A stretch of DNA of 64,000 nt, from the NCBI GenBank assembly GCA_036496605.1, contig DASXKV010000041.1, positions 8,373 through 72,372 on the forward strand. Reading direction: 5' to 3'. The translations under genes were made by a program, and so were the position numbers. Shown here piece by piece: positions 17,503 to 27,517 of this stretch. The notes beneath the pieces are model-generated. The model was given only the letters and a program-made list of their open reading frames with translations. It searched no databases and was not told the origin of the DNA. How positions within the stretch are numbered: position 1 is the first letter of the stretch; every line of letters starts with the position of its first letter. Origin of the DNA: Gemmatimonadaceae bacterium. GTDB lineage: Bacteria; Gemmatimonadota; Gemmatimonadetes; Gemmatimonadales; Gemmatimonadaceae.

Positions 17503-19035
17503 TCACTGCAGAAGCTTCGTGACTGCCCTCACGAGCGGATCGAACGTGAGCTTCTTGCCGGCCACTCGCTGCGCCTGTTCATCCGCGAGCTCGCGCTGGC
17601 CTTCGCTGAACAGTGCGGAGCAAATCCATGGGCCGGCGCGTGGATTCCTCCACCAATCGGCATCGAAGTGGTCGACCAGTGTCTCGGCGATCAGCGCCTG
17701 GAGCTGCCAGGCGCGGAGATACCGTGCCGCATAGAAGCGCGGGTCGACGTCGACGAATGCGTCGGCGGGGCTGTAGCGGAAGCTCGTCGCCCCCGTTAGG
17801 CGGTCCGTGTACAGCTCGGGAAGCGCGTCCCACGGCACCGAGCCTCCATAGAGCTCGATCTCGTAGCCCAGCTTGGCCGCGTAGCGTCGCAGGAAATGAA
17901 GCTCCTCGAAGCCGACGGCGCGCAGGAATTCGCGGACGTTCGCGGGACCGACTTCCGTATATCGCCTGAGCCACCCGGCATCCTGCATCAGGTGGTCGAA
18001 GAGCATCGCGTAGCCTTCGGTGATCGAATTGTCCCCCAGCCAGCGATACTCGTAGGACAGGTCGGGACGCATGTAGGCGAAGTGCAGCGCGTGCCCGAGC
18101 TCGTGGAGGAAGGTGTTCCAGTCCGTCTGTCCGCCGTGCGGGCGCATCACGAGATACACCTCGTTAGGCACACGAACGGGCGCGCAGAAGGCACGCGACC
18201 GCTTCCCCTCCCGGTCGCCGGTATCGAAGAGAACGCGTCCGCCCGCTGCCGGGTCGACCCCCATCTCGCGGACCTGTTTCCGGATCGATGATTCCATCGA
18301 TGCCGGTGGGAAGAAGCGATCGAATTCCTTGGCGCGGAAAAGGGCCAACGCGTCGGCACGGGTCACCTCGGAGCGTGTCATGCCTAACCGGGAACGCAGA
18401 AATTGGGGGAGGACGTCGTCCCAAATCGCCTGCGTATCGCGGAGAAAGACATTGCACTGCTCGCTCAGAGCGGCGAGATCGAGGCCGCTCAGCAGCTCAA
18501 ATGAGGCGTTGTATCCACTCGCGAGACCGATGTCTTCGGTGATGTCGCGCTCACGTTGAAAGCGCTCGCGACGCATCGGTGCCAGATCGCGTTCGACCAA
18601 CCTCGCGCGCGCCTCGTCGATGGAGTGCCGCTCGCGGACATCGGAGGTGTTCGCGAGCTCGATCGCGACGCGCTGATATTCGATCTCGCGGTCGTCAGCG
18701 AGACGAACGATCGCTGTGGCTTCCCACGCAATGTCGCGCTCGTCGAGCGTCGCGAGTGCCCGCGCGCTCTGTGCTTCCACCAACCAGTCGGTGAGCAGCC
18801 GGAGCCCGCGCTGCTCCTCACTCCCGGGCGGCGCCGATCGAAACATCTCCAGTACCATCGCCAGCGCATCGGGACCGAGGATCGCTGCATGTTTTTCGTA
18901 GATCGGTTGCAGTTCCGCCGCCGCCTTCTGTCCCGAATGCGCCAGGTAGTACTCGCGAGACAACTCCTCCATGAACGCATCGCCCTCGCGACGCAGCCGA
19001 TCTATCGAGAGCGAAGTTGTGTTCAGCAAAGGCAT
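17503..19035 (-). CDS. Zinc metallopeptidase, M3 (oligoendopeptidase F-like) family
   Basis: HELGH with a Glu 29 residues after the first His (…NSITEG…). This HEXXH-to-E spacing is typical of M3. 510 aa. Confidence 0.65.
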   Translation of the reverse strand: MPLLNTTSLSIDRLRREGDAFMEELSREYYLAHSGQKAAAELQPIYEKHAAILGPDALAMVLEMFRSAPPGSEEQRGLRLLTDWLVEAQSARALATLDERDIAWEATAIVRLADDREIEYQRVAIELANTSDVRERHSIDEARARLVERDLAPMRRERFQRERDITEDIGLASGYNASFELLSGLDLAALSEQCNVFLRDTQAIWDDVLPQFLRSRLGMTRSEVTRADALALFRAKEFDRFFPPASMESSIRKQVREMGVDPAAGGRVLFDTGDREGKRSRAFCAPVRVPNEVYLVMRPHGGQTDWNTFLHELGHALHFAYMRPDLSYEYRWLGDNSITEGYAMLFDHLMQDAGWLRRYTEVGPANVREFLRAVGFEELHFLRRYAAKLGYEIELYGGSVPWDALPELYTDRLTGATSFRYSPADAFVDVDPRFYAARYLRAWQLQALIAETLVDHFDADWWRNPRAGPWICSALFSEGQRELADEQAQRVAGKKLTFDPLVRAVTKLLQ

Positions 19036-19062
19036 CTCACCCCCCTCCCCATGCCTAACGTC

Positions 19063-20421
19063 TTACGCGGTCAGTCGCTCGACGATCACATCGCGAACCT
19101 GGTCGGCGGCAACGCGCTCCTGCTGTAGCGTGTCGCGGTCACGAATCGTCACCGTGCCGTCCTGGATCGTCTGGCCGTCGACCGTGATGCAATACGGCGT
19201 TCCAATCTCATCCTGACGCCGATACCGCCGGCCGATCGCGCCGGATTCGTCGTAGAACACCGGGAACGCGCGCCGCAACTCTTTCGCCAGCTTCACAGCA
19301 AACTCCGGCATACCGTCCTTCTTCACGAGCGGAAAAACACCCGCCTTCACGGGGGCCAACGACGGCGTCAGACCAAGCACGGTTCGTCCCTCGTCCTCAC
19401 CGGGCACCTGCTCCTCGCGATACGCGTTGACGAGTAGAGCCAGCGCCGTGCGGTCGGCTCCGACGGACGTCTCGACGACGTTGGGGACATATCGGCGATT
19501 GTTCGGCTGATCGAAGTACTCGAGCTTCTTGCCCGAGTGCTTCTGATGTTGTGTGAGATCGAAATCGCCACGGTTGTGCACGCCCTCGATCTCCTGGAAG
19601 CCGAGCGTTCCGCCGAAGTCGAACTGGATGTCGAACGCCGCGCGCGCGTAGTGCGCCAGCTCCTCCTTCGTGTGCTGATGGAACTGCAGCCGGTCCTCGG
19701 CGAGTCCGAGGCTGCGGTGCCATGTCATGCGCTGCTCTTTCCAATACTCGAACCATTGCATGTCGGTGCCCGGCTCGACGAAAAACTGCATCTCCATCTG
19801 CTCGAATTCACGAGTTCTAAAGATGAAATTGCCCGGTGTGATCTCGTTTCGGAAGGCCTTGCCGATCTGTGCGATGCCGAAGGGAACCTTCTGGCGCATC
19901 GCCTGCTGGACGTTGAGAAAGTTCACATAAATGCCCTGCGCCGTCTCCGGGCGCAGGAAGATCTCGGCCGCGGAGTCTTCCACTGGTCCCATGAACGTAC
20001 GGAACATGAGATTGAAGAGTCGCGGCTCCGACAGTGTGCCCTTCATGCCGCAGACCGGGCACTGGGCGTCCGGCGTTCCTGGCGTTCCTTTGATTTTCGG
20101 ATCGTCGGCCCGAAATCGCTTGCGGCAATTGCGACAGTCGACGAGTGGATCGGTGAAACCGGCGACGTGGCCGCTCGCCACCCAGACCTCGCGATTCATC
20201 AGGATGGCCGCGTCGAGGCCTTCGATGTCGTCCCGAGCCCGCACCATCGAGTACCACCAGCGGTCCTTGAGATTCTTCTTCAGCTCGACGCCGAGTGGAC
20301 CATAGTCCCACACCGAGCCGGTGCCGCCATAGATCTCGGAAGACTGGAAGATGAATCCGCGCCGCTTGCACAGCGACACGAGGCGTTCGAAGACGTCGGG
20401 GCGGGCGGTTACGGTAGACAC
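19063..20421 (-). CDS. glyQS: Glycine--tRNA ligase (homodimeric class II)
   Basis: Full-length match to GlyQS (…[13 protein letters not shown]…, [25 protein letters not shown]…). GTG start. Confidence 0.95.
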   Translation of the reverse strand: MSTVTARPDVFERLVSLCKRRGFIFQSSEIYGGTGSVWDYGPLGVELKKNLKDRWWYSMVRARDDIEGLDAAILMNREVWVASGHVAGFTDPLVDCRNCRKRFRADDPKIKGTPGTPDAQCPVCGMKGTLSEPRLFNLMFRTFMGPVEDSAAEIFLRPETAQGIYVNFLNVQQAMRQKVPFGIAQIGKAFRNEITPGNFIFRTREFEQMEMQFFVEPGTDMQWFEYWKEQRMTWHRSLGLAEDRLQFHQHTKEELAHYARAAFDIQFDFGGTLGFQEIEGVHNRGDFDLTQHQKHSGKKLEYFDQPNNRRYVPNVVETSVGADRTALALLVNAYREEQVPGEDEGRTVLGLTPSLAPVKAGVFPLVKKDGMPEFAVKLAKELRRAFPVFYDESGAIGRRYRRQDEIGTPYCITVDGQTIQDGTVTIRDRDTLQQERVAADQVRDVIVERLTA

Positions 20422-20432
20422 GGCATCAATCA

Positions 20433-20558
20433 GGTGCTAGGTGGTGGGTGCTACGAGGGGCTAGGGGCTCGGCGCTAGGCGCTAGGCGCTAGGCGCTAGA
20501 CGAAAAGCTAATTCGCCATGGGGCGCTAAAGTGCAGAGCCCTAGCACCTAGCCCCTCT
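20433..20558. repeat. CTAGGGGC-family hairpin with a perfect 4x GCGCTAGG microsatellite (20472-20499)
   Basis: ggtgctagg…ggggctaggggctcggcgctaggcgctaggcgctaggcgctag … gagccctagcacctagcccctc. Confidence 0.7.
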
Positions 20559-21584
20559 TCAGGTATCGAGTTCGGCGCTCAGCTTCGGCGGTGGCGGCGC
20601 TGCTGTTCCCAGGAGTCTCGCGACGATTCGGTCGCCATGATAGCGGCCGTTCTCGATGAAGACTTTGTTCGCGTCATAGCCAGCGATCACCACACCGGCG
20701 ATGAAGAGCCCGGGGATCGTCGTCTCCAGCGTCTCCGGATCGTGTTCGGGGATTCCCGTCGTCGGATCGATGGGCACGCCGACCTGCTTCAACAGATCCG
20801 TGTTCGGCGCGAATCCGGTCATGATGTAGACGAGGCTGGCGGGCAACCGCTCGCTTCGCGATCCGTCGTCGATCGCATGGATACATACAGAATCGGGCTC
20901 GATAGTCGCGACACGGCTGTTCCAGCGAACGTGGATGCTTCCCTCCTTCACCCGATTCTGAAAATCAGGCAGCACCCACGGCTTGATTCGCTTGTCAAAG
21001 GTCGGCCCGAAATGCACGAGGGTGACGTGTGCTCCGGAGCGCCAGAGATCGAGTGAGGCTTCGGCGGCAGAGTTGCCGCCGCCCACGACGACGACACGCT
21101 GCTGAAATGCCTCGTGACCTTCGCGATAGACGTGAGTGACGTGTGGCAGATTTTCACCTGGCACGCCGAGGCGGTTGGGCGAGCCGAAGTAGCCCGTCGC
21201 AACGATTACCGCACCGGCATTCGTGCGACGTACATCTCCTCCGCGCGTCCGCGAGTGCACAATCAGCTCATCGTGACCACGTTCGATGGACGTGACGCGC
21301 TCGTACTGGCGCACGGGAATGCCGAAGTGCGTTACCGCCGCGCGATAGTACGCGAGCGCATCGCGACGCGTCGGCTTCTCGGTGGCGATGACGAATGGAA
21401 GATCACCGATCCCGAGCTTCTCCGCCGTCGAGAAGAATCGCACGTACGTCGGATAGTGCGCGATCGTGCCGACGACGACCTCGGACTCGAGAACGACCGT
21501 CCGCAGTCCGGCACGCTGCGCCGAGATCGACGCCGCCAACCCGCACGGCCCAGCGCCGACGATGAGCACATCTACGTCTGACAA
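20559..21584 (-). CDS. FAD/NAD(P)-dependent disulfide oxidoreductase, YpdA-like (putative bacillithiol-disulfide reductase family)
   Basis: GAGPCGL FAD motif, second dinucleotide motif GGGNSAAE, N-terminal pattern HYPTYVRFFST typical of YpdA. TTG start. Confidence 0.7.
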   Translation of the reverse strand: MSDVDVLIVGAGPCGLAASISAQRAGLRTVVLESEVVVGTIAHYPTYVRFFSTAEKLGIGDLPFVIATEKPTRRDALAYYRAAVTHFGIPVRQYERVTSIERGHDELIVHSRTRGGDVRRTNAGAVIVATGYFGSPNRLGVPGENLPHVTHVYREGHEAFQQRVVVVGGGNSAAEASLDLWRSGAHVTLVHFGPTFDKRIKPWVLPDFQNRVKEGSIHVRWNSRVATIEPDSVCIHAIDDGSRSERLPASLVYIMTGFAPNTDLLKQVGVPIDPTTGIPEHDPETLETTIPGLFIAGVVIAGYDANKVFIENGRYHGDRIVARLLGTAAPPPPKLSAELDT

Positions 21585-21596
21585 TCCGAACTCCCA

Positions 21597-21700
21597 GGTG
21601 CTAGGGCTAGGGGCTAGGGGCTAGAGGCTAGGTAGGGGGTAGCGGACGAGGGCCCTATAGCCCTAGCCCCTGTCACACCTAGCCCCTCTCACCTCTCCCT
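21597..21700. repeat. CTAGGGGC-family hairpin
   Basis: ggtgctagggctaggggctaggggctagaggctaggtaggggg … gggccctatagccctagcccctgtcacacctagcccctc. Confidence 0.7.
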
Positions 21701-21701
21701 C

Positions 21702-22988
21702 TCACTTCTCACCTTCGATGATTTGGTCTCGCTTCGTCCCCACGCTCACGTACGTAATCGGCGTCTCGACCAACTCCTGCATGCGATCGAGATACCGCCG
21801 AGCAGCGTTGGGAAGCTCCTCGATGCGCCGGTAGTCTGCCGTGGACTCTCGCCAGCCATCCATCCATTCGTAGCGCGGAACCACGCGCTCCTGCGCGGTG
21901 AGGTCGGCTGGAAACTCCTCGTGAAGCTCCCCTTCGTACTCGTAGCCGACGCAAATGCCGATCTTCTCGAGCGTGTCGAGCACGTCGAGCTTCGTCACCG
22001 CAAGGTCGGTGAGGCCGTTGATGCGCGCCGCATAACGGACGACGACGGCGTCGAACCATCCGCAGCGCCGCGGCCGGCCAGTGGTCGCGCCGAACTCGTT
22101 GCCTAACGTGCGAACGTTGGTCGCGAGCGGCTCGTCCATCTCGGTCGGGAGCGGCCCTGCGCCCACGCGCGTCGTGTACGCCTTCACGACACCCAGCACG
22201 GCATCGATCTCCGTCGGCGCAATACCAGAGCCGACGGCAGCGCCGCCCGACGTCGTGTTGCTCGACGTCACGAACGGATACGTCCCGTGATCGATGTCGA
22301 GGAGCGAGCCCTGCGCTCCCTCGAGCAGAACTGCCGCGCCACTCCGCACCGCGCGATGCATTGCCAGTCCGACGTCTTCGGCGAGTGGCAGCAGTCGCTC
22401 GGCGAGACGCTCGAGCATCGCGATCGTCTCGCCACAATTGACGCGCTTGGAAGTGCCGAAGCGCGCGAGCTGTGCATCGGCGTGTGCTGCTCCTTGTTCG
22501 ACGAGCTGACGCAAGCGCGCGCCGTGGCGGAGATCGAGCACTCGCACACCGCGCCGCGCTACCTTGTCTTCGTATGCGGGGCCGATACCGCGACCCGTCG
22601 TGCCAATCGCCTTGCTCGCCTCGCTCTCGGAATCGAGGAGTTTGTGATACGGGAGGACGAGGTGGGCCCGATCGCTGACGTACAATCGGCCTTCGACATC
22701 GACTCCATCGCGGACCAGGCCGTCGATCTCCGTGAAGAGCGTGTCGGGATCGAGCACGACGCCGTTGCCGATGGCGCAGCGCACGCCAGGGTGCAGGATG
22801 CCGCTCGGAATCTGGTGCAGTACGAACGACGTATCGCCGATGTGCACGGTGTGGCCGGCATTGGCGCCACCCTGATAGCGGACGACCCAGTCTGCGCGCT
22901 CGGCGAGGACGTCCACGAGCTTGCCCTTCCCCTCGTCGCCCCACTGTGCCCCGACCACGACGAGTGTCCGTGTGTTAGTGCTGAACAT
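21702..22988 (-). CDS. purA: Adenylosuccinate synthase
   Basis: GAQWGDEGKGK P-loop, GTTGRGIGPAY, 428 aa. Confidence 0.97.
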   Translation of the reverse strand: MFSTNTRTLVVVGAQWGDEGKGKLVDVLAERADWVVRYQGGANAGHTVHIGDTSFVLHQIPSGILHPGVRCAIGNGVVLDPDTLFTEIDGLVRDGVDVEGRLYVSDRAHLVLPYHKLLDSESEASKAIGTTGRGIGPAYEDKVARRGVRVLDLRHGARLRQLVEQGAAHADAQLARFGTSKRVNCGETIAMLERLAERLLPLAEDVGLAMHRAVRSGAAVLLEGAQGSLLDIDHGTYPFVTSSNTTSGGAAVGSGIAPTEIDAVLGVVKAYTTRVGAGPLPTEMDEPLATNVRTLGNEFGATTGRPRRCGWFDAVVVRYAARINGLTDLAVTKLDVLDTLEKIGICVGYEYEGELHEEFPADLTAQERVVPRYEWMDGWRESTADYRRIEELPNAARRYLDRMQELVETPITYVSVGTKRDQIIEGEK

Positions 22989-22998
22989 GCTTCACAAT

Positions 22999-23502
22999 CT
23001 AGAGCACCTTGCTCAGCGCCGCGAAGAAGAGCCACACCGCCATCACGAGCCCGATCGCGACCTTGATCGCCGCCGCGGTCACGCGCCCGATGAGAGCGCC
23101 CCAGGCAACGCGCGTCGAGACTCCGCCACCGCTGCCGCGGCTCATCTCGAAAAGGAAAGCGCCAACGAATGCTCCGAGGAACGCTCCCACGATGGAGCCA
23201 ACGATCGGGACCGGGACTCCCATGAAGGCGCCGACCATCCCGCCAATCACCGCGCCCCAGCCAGCGCGACGGGAACCGCCGTATTTCTTCGCGAAACGCG
23301 ACGCCAACGTCCACTCGAGTCCTTCGGCGATGAGCATCAGGATGCCAACGACGACGACGGATGCCCAGCCGATCCCTCCGTTCGGGACGAGCAGCTTGTA
23401 GCAGAGCGCGGCGGCGAACATGACGAGCGTGCCCGGCATGCCGAATGGAATCATCAGCAGCGACAGCACCAGCACTGCCGTCAGAATGAGAACTTCCATC
23501 AA
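22999..23502 (-). CDS. DUF456-family membrane protein
   Basis: Four-TM small protein with the pattern GMPGT…AEGLE…KYGGS…GA.IG typical of DUF456. Confidence 0.7.
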   Translation of the reverse strand: MMEVLILTAVLVLSLLMIPFGMPGTLVMFAAALCYKLLVPNGGIGWASVVVVGILMLIAEGLEWTLASRFAKKYGGSRRAGWGAVIGGMVGAFMGVPVPIVGSIVGAFLGAFVGAFLFEMSRGSGGGVSTRVAWGALIGRVTAAAIKVAIGLVMAVWLFFAALSKVL

Positions 23503-24551
23503 CGTCGCTCAGTGAGGGTGACGACCGCCCGCGCCAACTCACGCGCGGCATGCGCGACGCCGATTCCTTTCATGTGTTCGAGGTCGTCCTCGCGAGTGTG
23601 AATCCGTCGAAGCGTGCCGAGTGTACCGCGACTCAAGGTGATTGCCTCCCAGCCAGCATCGGAGAAAGCCAAGCCATCGACGAGAACTCCCGGGACGAGC
23701 GGTATGACGCGCACTCCCGCTCCAAACGCCGACTCGAGCCGACGTGCGCGCGGTCGCGTCCACATGAGAGTAAGCGGTCCGGTATCGTCGACGCCATCGC
23801 AGTTCAGTACGACGCCAGGTACACGATTGCTGCACCAGGCGCGCGCTCCCGCGAGGCCGAGCTCCTCGGCGTCGGTGATGAGCACGCCAACCGGCAATTC
23901 GGACGGCAACAGTGACGCCGCGGTGAGGACCGTCGCGACGCCCGAGGCATTGTCTACCGCACCCGCCGAGCGGCGGCCTACAGTCGATGCGATTATCGGC
24001 AGGGAGCCAATGAGGCCAACGTAAAGCCACTCGGTGGTCCAGAGCAGCGCGCCAATCCACGCGACAGCCACGAGGAGGATTCCAGCCGCGCGCAGCAGTA
24101 GTGGAATCGGCTGCGACTTGGAGTCGATATGCGCGACGAGCCAGAGCGACGGATCAGAGGCCCCACGACGAGCCTCCAGGTTGACACCCTTCCGTCGGCG
24201 GAGCGGAAGACCGAGCACGCCGCGTTGGGCGAGCCACCGGCCGCCGATCGCGAGGAGCAATGCGCCACCAATCAGTACGAGCCGGCTCTGCGTGCCTAAC
24301 GCGACGAGGCTCACGCAGAACGCGAGCACTCCCGCCACCGGCGTTCCATACTCGCCGACGGCGGCGCTATACTCGAAGTCTCGCTCGAGCATCTCGAATC
24401 CGAGCGCGGCGAGTACCCGTGCACAGTATTGCCGGCCCTGGGCCGCCTCTGGTCCGCCAGCCGGCCGCGGTTGTCGGGCGAGCCGTTGCAGGTGTTCGGC
24501 GGCGTGCGTCTCGACGCTTATGTCGTTAGGCGCCGAGCTCGAGCCAGTCAC
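23499..24551 (-). CDS. M28-family metallopeptidase with membrane-spanning insert
   Basis: AHIDS, DNASGVA and DAEELGLAG metal-ligand motifs. Hydrophobic segments lie between the motifs. 4-nt overlap with the downstream gene. Confidence 0.65.
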   Translation of the reverse strand: MTGSSSAPNDISVETHAAEHLQRLARQPRPAGGPEAAQGRQYCARVLAALGFEMLERDFEYSAAVGEYGTPVAGVLAFCVSLVALGTQSRLVLIGGALLLAIGGRWLAQRGVLGLPLRRRKGVNLEARRGASDPSLWLVAHIDSKSQPIPLLLRAAGILLVAVAWIGALLWTTEWLYVGLIGSLPIIASTVGRRSAGAVDNASGVATVLTAASLLPSELPVGVLITDAEELGLAGARAWCSNRVPGVVLNCDGVDDTGPLTLMWTRPRARRLESAFGAGVRVIPLVPGVLVDGLAFSDAGWEAITLSRGTLGTLRRIHTREDDLEHMKGIGVAHAARELARAVVTLTERR

Positions 24552-24575
24552 GCGCCGGGCTCTGTGGTCGCTATG

Positions 24576-25448
24576 TCACGCCGCGAGCGACAGCTCTGCC
24601 ACACGCAGCAGCTCGGTCACCTGCGCCAGCTCGGCGGCGGCGAGCGGAGCGAGGGGTGGGCGCACCGGACCGCCAACCAGACCAACGCGATCGAGCGCTG
24701 CCTTGACACCGGCCACGCCCAACTCGCCAACGATCCGCGCCGAGAGCGGCGTTAGGCGGTCCTGGGCCGGCTCCGAACGCGTCTCGAAGACTTCGACCGA
24801 CAGATTCGCCGCAATGAGCGCTACGGCGAGAATTCCACCGCGCGCGCCGAGCTCCAGCGCGCGCCTGAATGTCGAGCCGTTACCCGTGAGCACCGTGAAC
24901 CCGTCGCTCTGCGCCTTGAGGTATCCCGCCAGCAGGTCGAGATCGCCAGAGCTGTCTTTGATTCCGATGATGTTCTCGTGCCGCGCGAGCTCGGCGACGA
25001 GCTGCGGCGAGAGAGCGAAGTGCATGTACTTCGGAATGCTGTAGAGGATGACGGGAACGGGACTCGCGTCGGCGATCGCGGTGTAGTGATCGCGTAGTGA
25101 CACGGCCTTCTGCCCATAGTAATGCGGTCCGACGACGAGCACCGCGTCTGCGCCGCGCTCGGCGGCGAGGCGCGTCAGGCGCTGTGTCACGCGCGTCGAC
25201 TCCGCGCCGGTGCCGACGAGGAGCCGGCGGTCGCTCGGAACGGCGTGGCGGGCAACCTCCACCAACCAAGACCGCTCCTTCTCGTCGAGAAGCGCTGCTT
25301 CGCCTGTTGAGCCGGTGACGACGATTCCACTCATCCCCGCGTCGAGGTGCGCGCGAATGTTCTCCGCGAATCCCGTCCGATTCAGCTCGCCGGATGACTC
25401 GAACGTCGTGACCACCGGTCCCAAAACACCCTGCAGCGTTAGGCTCAC
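24576..25448 (-). CDS. dapA: 4-hydroxy-tetrahydrodipicolinate synthase (DHDPS family)
   Basis: DHDPS/NAL-family pattern (GIVVTGSTGEA…, GIKDSSG), 290 aa. Confidence 0.8.
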   Translation of the reverse strand: MSLTLQGVLGPVVTTFESSGELNRTGFAENIRAHLDAGMSGIVVTGSTGEAALLDEKERSWLVEVARHAVPSDRRLLVGTGAESTRVTQRLTRLAAERGADAVLVVGPHYYGQKAVSLRDHYTAIADASPVPVILYSIPKYMHFALSPQLVAELARHENIIGIKDSSGDLDLLAGYLKAQSDGFTVLTGNGSTFRRALELGARGGILAVALIAANLSVEVFETRSEPAQDRLTPLSARIVGELGVAGVKAALDRVGLVGGPVRPPLAPLAAAELAQVTELLRVAELSLAA

Positions 25449-25449
25449 G

Positions 25450-26481
25450 TCAGTACCCTGCGCGCTTGTCGACGAGATTCCGCAGCGGCTCGCCGCGCGT
25501 GAATCGCCGCCAGTTGTCGAGAAAGAGATCGAGCTCGCGTGCCCAGAAGCGACCGGGCGACACGGGCGAGATGTGCGGCGTTACGAGCACCGATCGAAGC
25601 TGCCATAGGGGGCTGCCCGACGCCAGTGGTTCCTCCTGAAAGACGTCGAGCGCCGCGCCGCGAATGCGTCCGTCCGTCAAGTGGTCGATGAGCGCCGCCT
25701 CGTCGACGAGCGCTCCTCGCGCAACGTTGACGATGACAGCCGCCGGCCGCAGCATGTCGAGCCGCTGTGCGTTCAGAATGCCGCGTGTTTGCTCGGTGAG
25801 CGGCGCCGCGAGAACGACGACATCCGCCTTCTGCAGCTCGCCATCGATCGCCTCGAAGCCGATGACGCGCGCAAAACCGTCCGGCGTTCCGAGTGAGGCT
25901 CGTCTTCGCACACCAACGCAGTTCGCGCCGAGTGCGGTGAGCCGGCGCGCCGCTTCGGAGCCGATGCCGCCCGTTCCGACGACGAGCACGCACGCATGGC
26001 CAATTTCACGCAGTGGTGACTGCTCGCCGACAAATGGCGCCTTGTCCCACTCGCCGTGTCGTTGCTGCTTCACGGCGATGTCGAGACCGCGAAAAAAATA
26101 GAGCACGCCGGCGACGATGTACTCCGCGATTGGTATCGCGTGCACGCCGGCGGAATTCGTGAGGACGACGTCACCGTCGAGCATCTCGGGATACAGCGCG
26201 TTGCCGACGCCGGCTGCTGCGGAGTGCACCCAGCGCAATCGCTTGGCGGCGAGATAGAGCGGGCGCGGTATTCCGAATCCGAGGTAAACGTCGGCCTTGG
26301 GAATCTCGCGCATGACCTCCTCGCTCGAGCCGCGAGGTCCGTCGCCGTCGGAGCTCGTTTGCGCTTCCACGAAATAGACGTCCCAGCCCGGTGGCGCCTC
26401 GGCGCGAAGGCGTTGCTCCGCGGCTTTGGTCATGGTCCACGTGCGCGACACGGCGTTGCCATCGACAACGAGCAACGGCAT
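25450..26481 (-). CDS. D-isomer-specific 2-hydroxyacid dehydrogenase family protein
   Basis: NAD motif VVGTGGIGSEAARR and catalytic-region pattern NVARG…D…TPHIS. Start moved to MPLLVVDG, 4 nt after the mgtC stop; the upstream part of the ORF-track frame is Ser/Ala/Arg junk overlapping mgtC. Confidence 0.8.
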   Translation of the reverse strand: MPLLVVDGNAVSRTWTMTKAAEQRLRAEAPPGWDVYFVEAQTSSDGDGPRGSSEEVMREIPKADVYLGFGIPRPLYLAAKRLRWVHSAAAGVGNALYPEMLDGDVVLTNSAGVHAIPIAEYIVAGVLYFFRGLDIAVKQQRHGEWDKAPFVGEQSPLREIGHACVLVVGTGGIGSEAARRLTALGANCVGVRRRASLGTPDGFARVIGFEAIDGELQKADVVVLAAPLTEQTRGILNAQRLDMLRPAAVIVNVARGALVDEAALIDHLTDGRIRGAALDVFQEEPLASGSPLWQLRSVLVTPHISPVSPGRFWARELDLFLDNWRRFTRGEPLRNLVDKRAGY

Positions 26482-26485
26482 TCGG

Positions 26486-27232
26486 TCAGTCCATCGAAAG
26501 GCTGATGACGTCCTCGCGCCGTTGCATCTCGTCGATCGCGGTGTCGATCTGCTTGGAGGTGCCGATGAGCTCGAGCTCGAAGGCGCGATCGGATTCGTGC
26601 TCGAACGTGCGACGCGAAACGATGTGCAGGCCGTTGCCGCGCAGAATGTCCTCGATGGTGTCGAAGCGGAGATCGCGACGGACGCGGATGGTCGCACTGA
26701 TTTTGCGCCGGCGGAGAAGCATCCGCCGCTCGACAGGGCGTAGCCCAACGAGCACGAGGATGATGAGCACGGAGGTGCCGACGCCCTCAACGTACGCGCC
26801 GGCGCCGACCGCCGCGCCCACCGCGGCAACGACCCAGATCGTCGCCGCGGTCGTTAGGCCCACGACCGCGCCGTGCGCATGGAGAATCGCGCCCGCGCCG
26901 AGAAAGCCAATGCCCGACACGATCTGCGCCGCGATGCGCGTGGTGTCGCCGTATGGCCTTCCGTCAGGCGTGAAGCCGATCTCGGCGATGTGAATCGAGA
27001 GATGCGTGAAGAGCGCCGCGCCCACACAGATGAGGATGTTCGTACGCAAGCCGGCTGGCTTACCAGCGATCTCGCGCTCCATACCGATCGCGCCGCCAAG
27101 AGCGGAAGCGAGCAGGAGTTTTAGCAGCAGCGTAAAGCGCAGGGCGTCGAACCATGCATCGATCGACGACCCGGGCGCAGCGGCTTGTAACAGCAGAGGG
27201 AGCGAGTGCAGGGACAGGGGGACGAGAGAAAT
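26486..27232 (-). CDS. mgtC: MgtC/SapB-family membrane protein (start uncertain; first ATG at 27082)
   Basis: GMEREIAGKPAGLRTNILI core. The conserved first TM (WFDALRFTLLLKLLLASALGGAIG) is encoded upstream of the first ATG, where there is no in-frame ATG/GTG/TTG. An ATT preceded by AAGGAG near 27232 is a candidate start. Confidence 0.75.
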   Translation of the reverse strand: MSLVPLSLHSLPLLLQAAAPGSSIDAWFDALRFTLLLKLLLASALGGAIGMEREIAGKPAGLRTNILICVGAALFTHLSIHIAEIGFTPDGRPYGDTTRIAAQIVSGIGFLGAGAILHAHGAVVGLTTAATIWVVAAVGAAVGAGAYVEGVGTSVLIILVLVGLRPVERRMLLRRRKISATIRVRRDLRFDTIEDILRGNGLHIVSRRTFEHESDRAFELELIGTSKQIDTAIDEMQRREDVISLSMD

Positions 27233-27256
27233 TACCGGGCTCCTTGCCGCGGGTGG

Positions 27257-27517
27257 TTAGCGCGAGTCGAGATCGCGCAGGTCGCCGGATGTCGTGTCGG
27301 GCGAGGAATCGCCATAGGAGATGCTGCGCGCTTGGTCCTCGAGTTGTGCGATCGAGGCCTCGTCGGGCTCCGTCGGTGTCGCGAAGTTCCGGAAAACTGT
27401 TCCGCCGCAGCGCTCACACGTTACCGTCGCAGGAACGGATTGCTCGTAAAACTTCTCGTTCCCACAGGTCAAGCAGACGAGAGTGAGAAGACCGCGAGGG
27501 CCGGTTTGGTCTGCCAT
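27257..27517 (-). CDS. Small zinc-ribbon protein (86 aa) with acidic tail
   Basis: CLTCG…CERCGG. High third-position GC. No family recognised. Confidence 0.55.
   Translation of the reverse strand: MADQTGPRGLLTLVCLTCGNEKFYEQSVPATVTCERCGGTVFRNFATPTEPDEASIAQLEDQARSISYGDSSPDTTSGDLRDLDSR

Noticed and set aside
20433-20558. Possible CRISPR arrays, considered because of short tandem repeats here and at 9781, 21597, 31383 and 48068.
   Set aside because: The units are 7-15 nt and directly abutting, with no unique spacers of 25-40 nt. No cas genes are present. The arrays are inverted (hairpin-forming) and not direct.
21709-22944. 411-aa ORF in an alternative frame of the purA strand.
   Set aside because: Extremely Arg/Ala/Gly-rich with no motifs. 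It is fully contained in the well-supported purA gene, so it is a typical high-GC shadow ORF.
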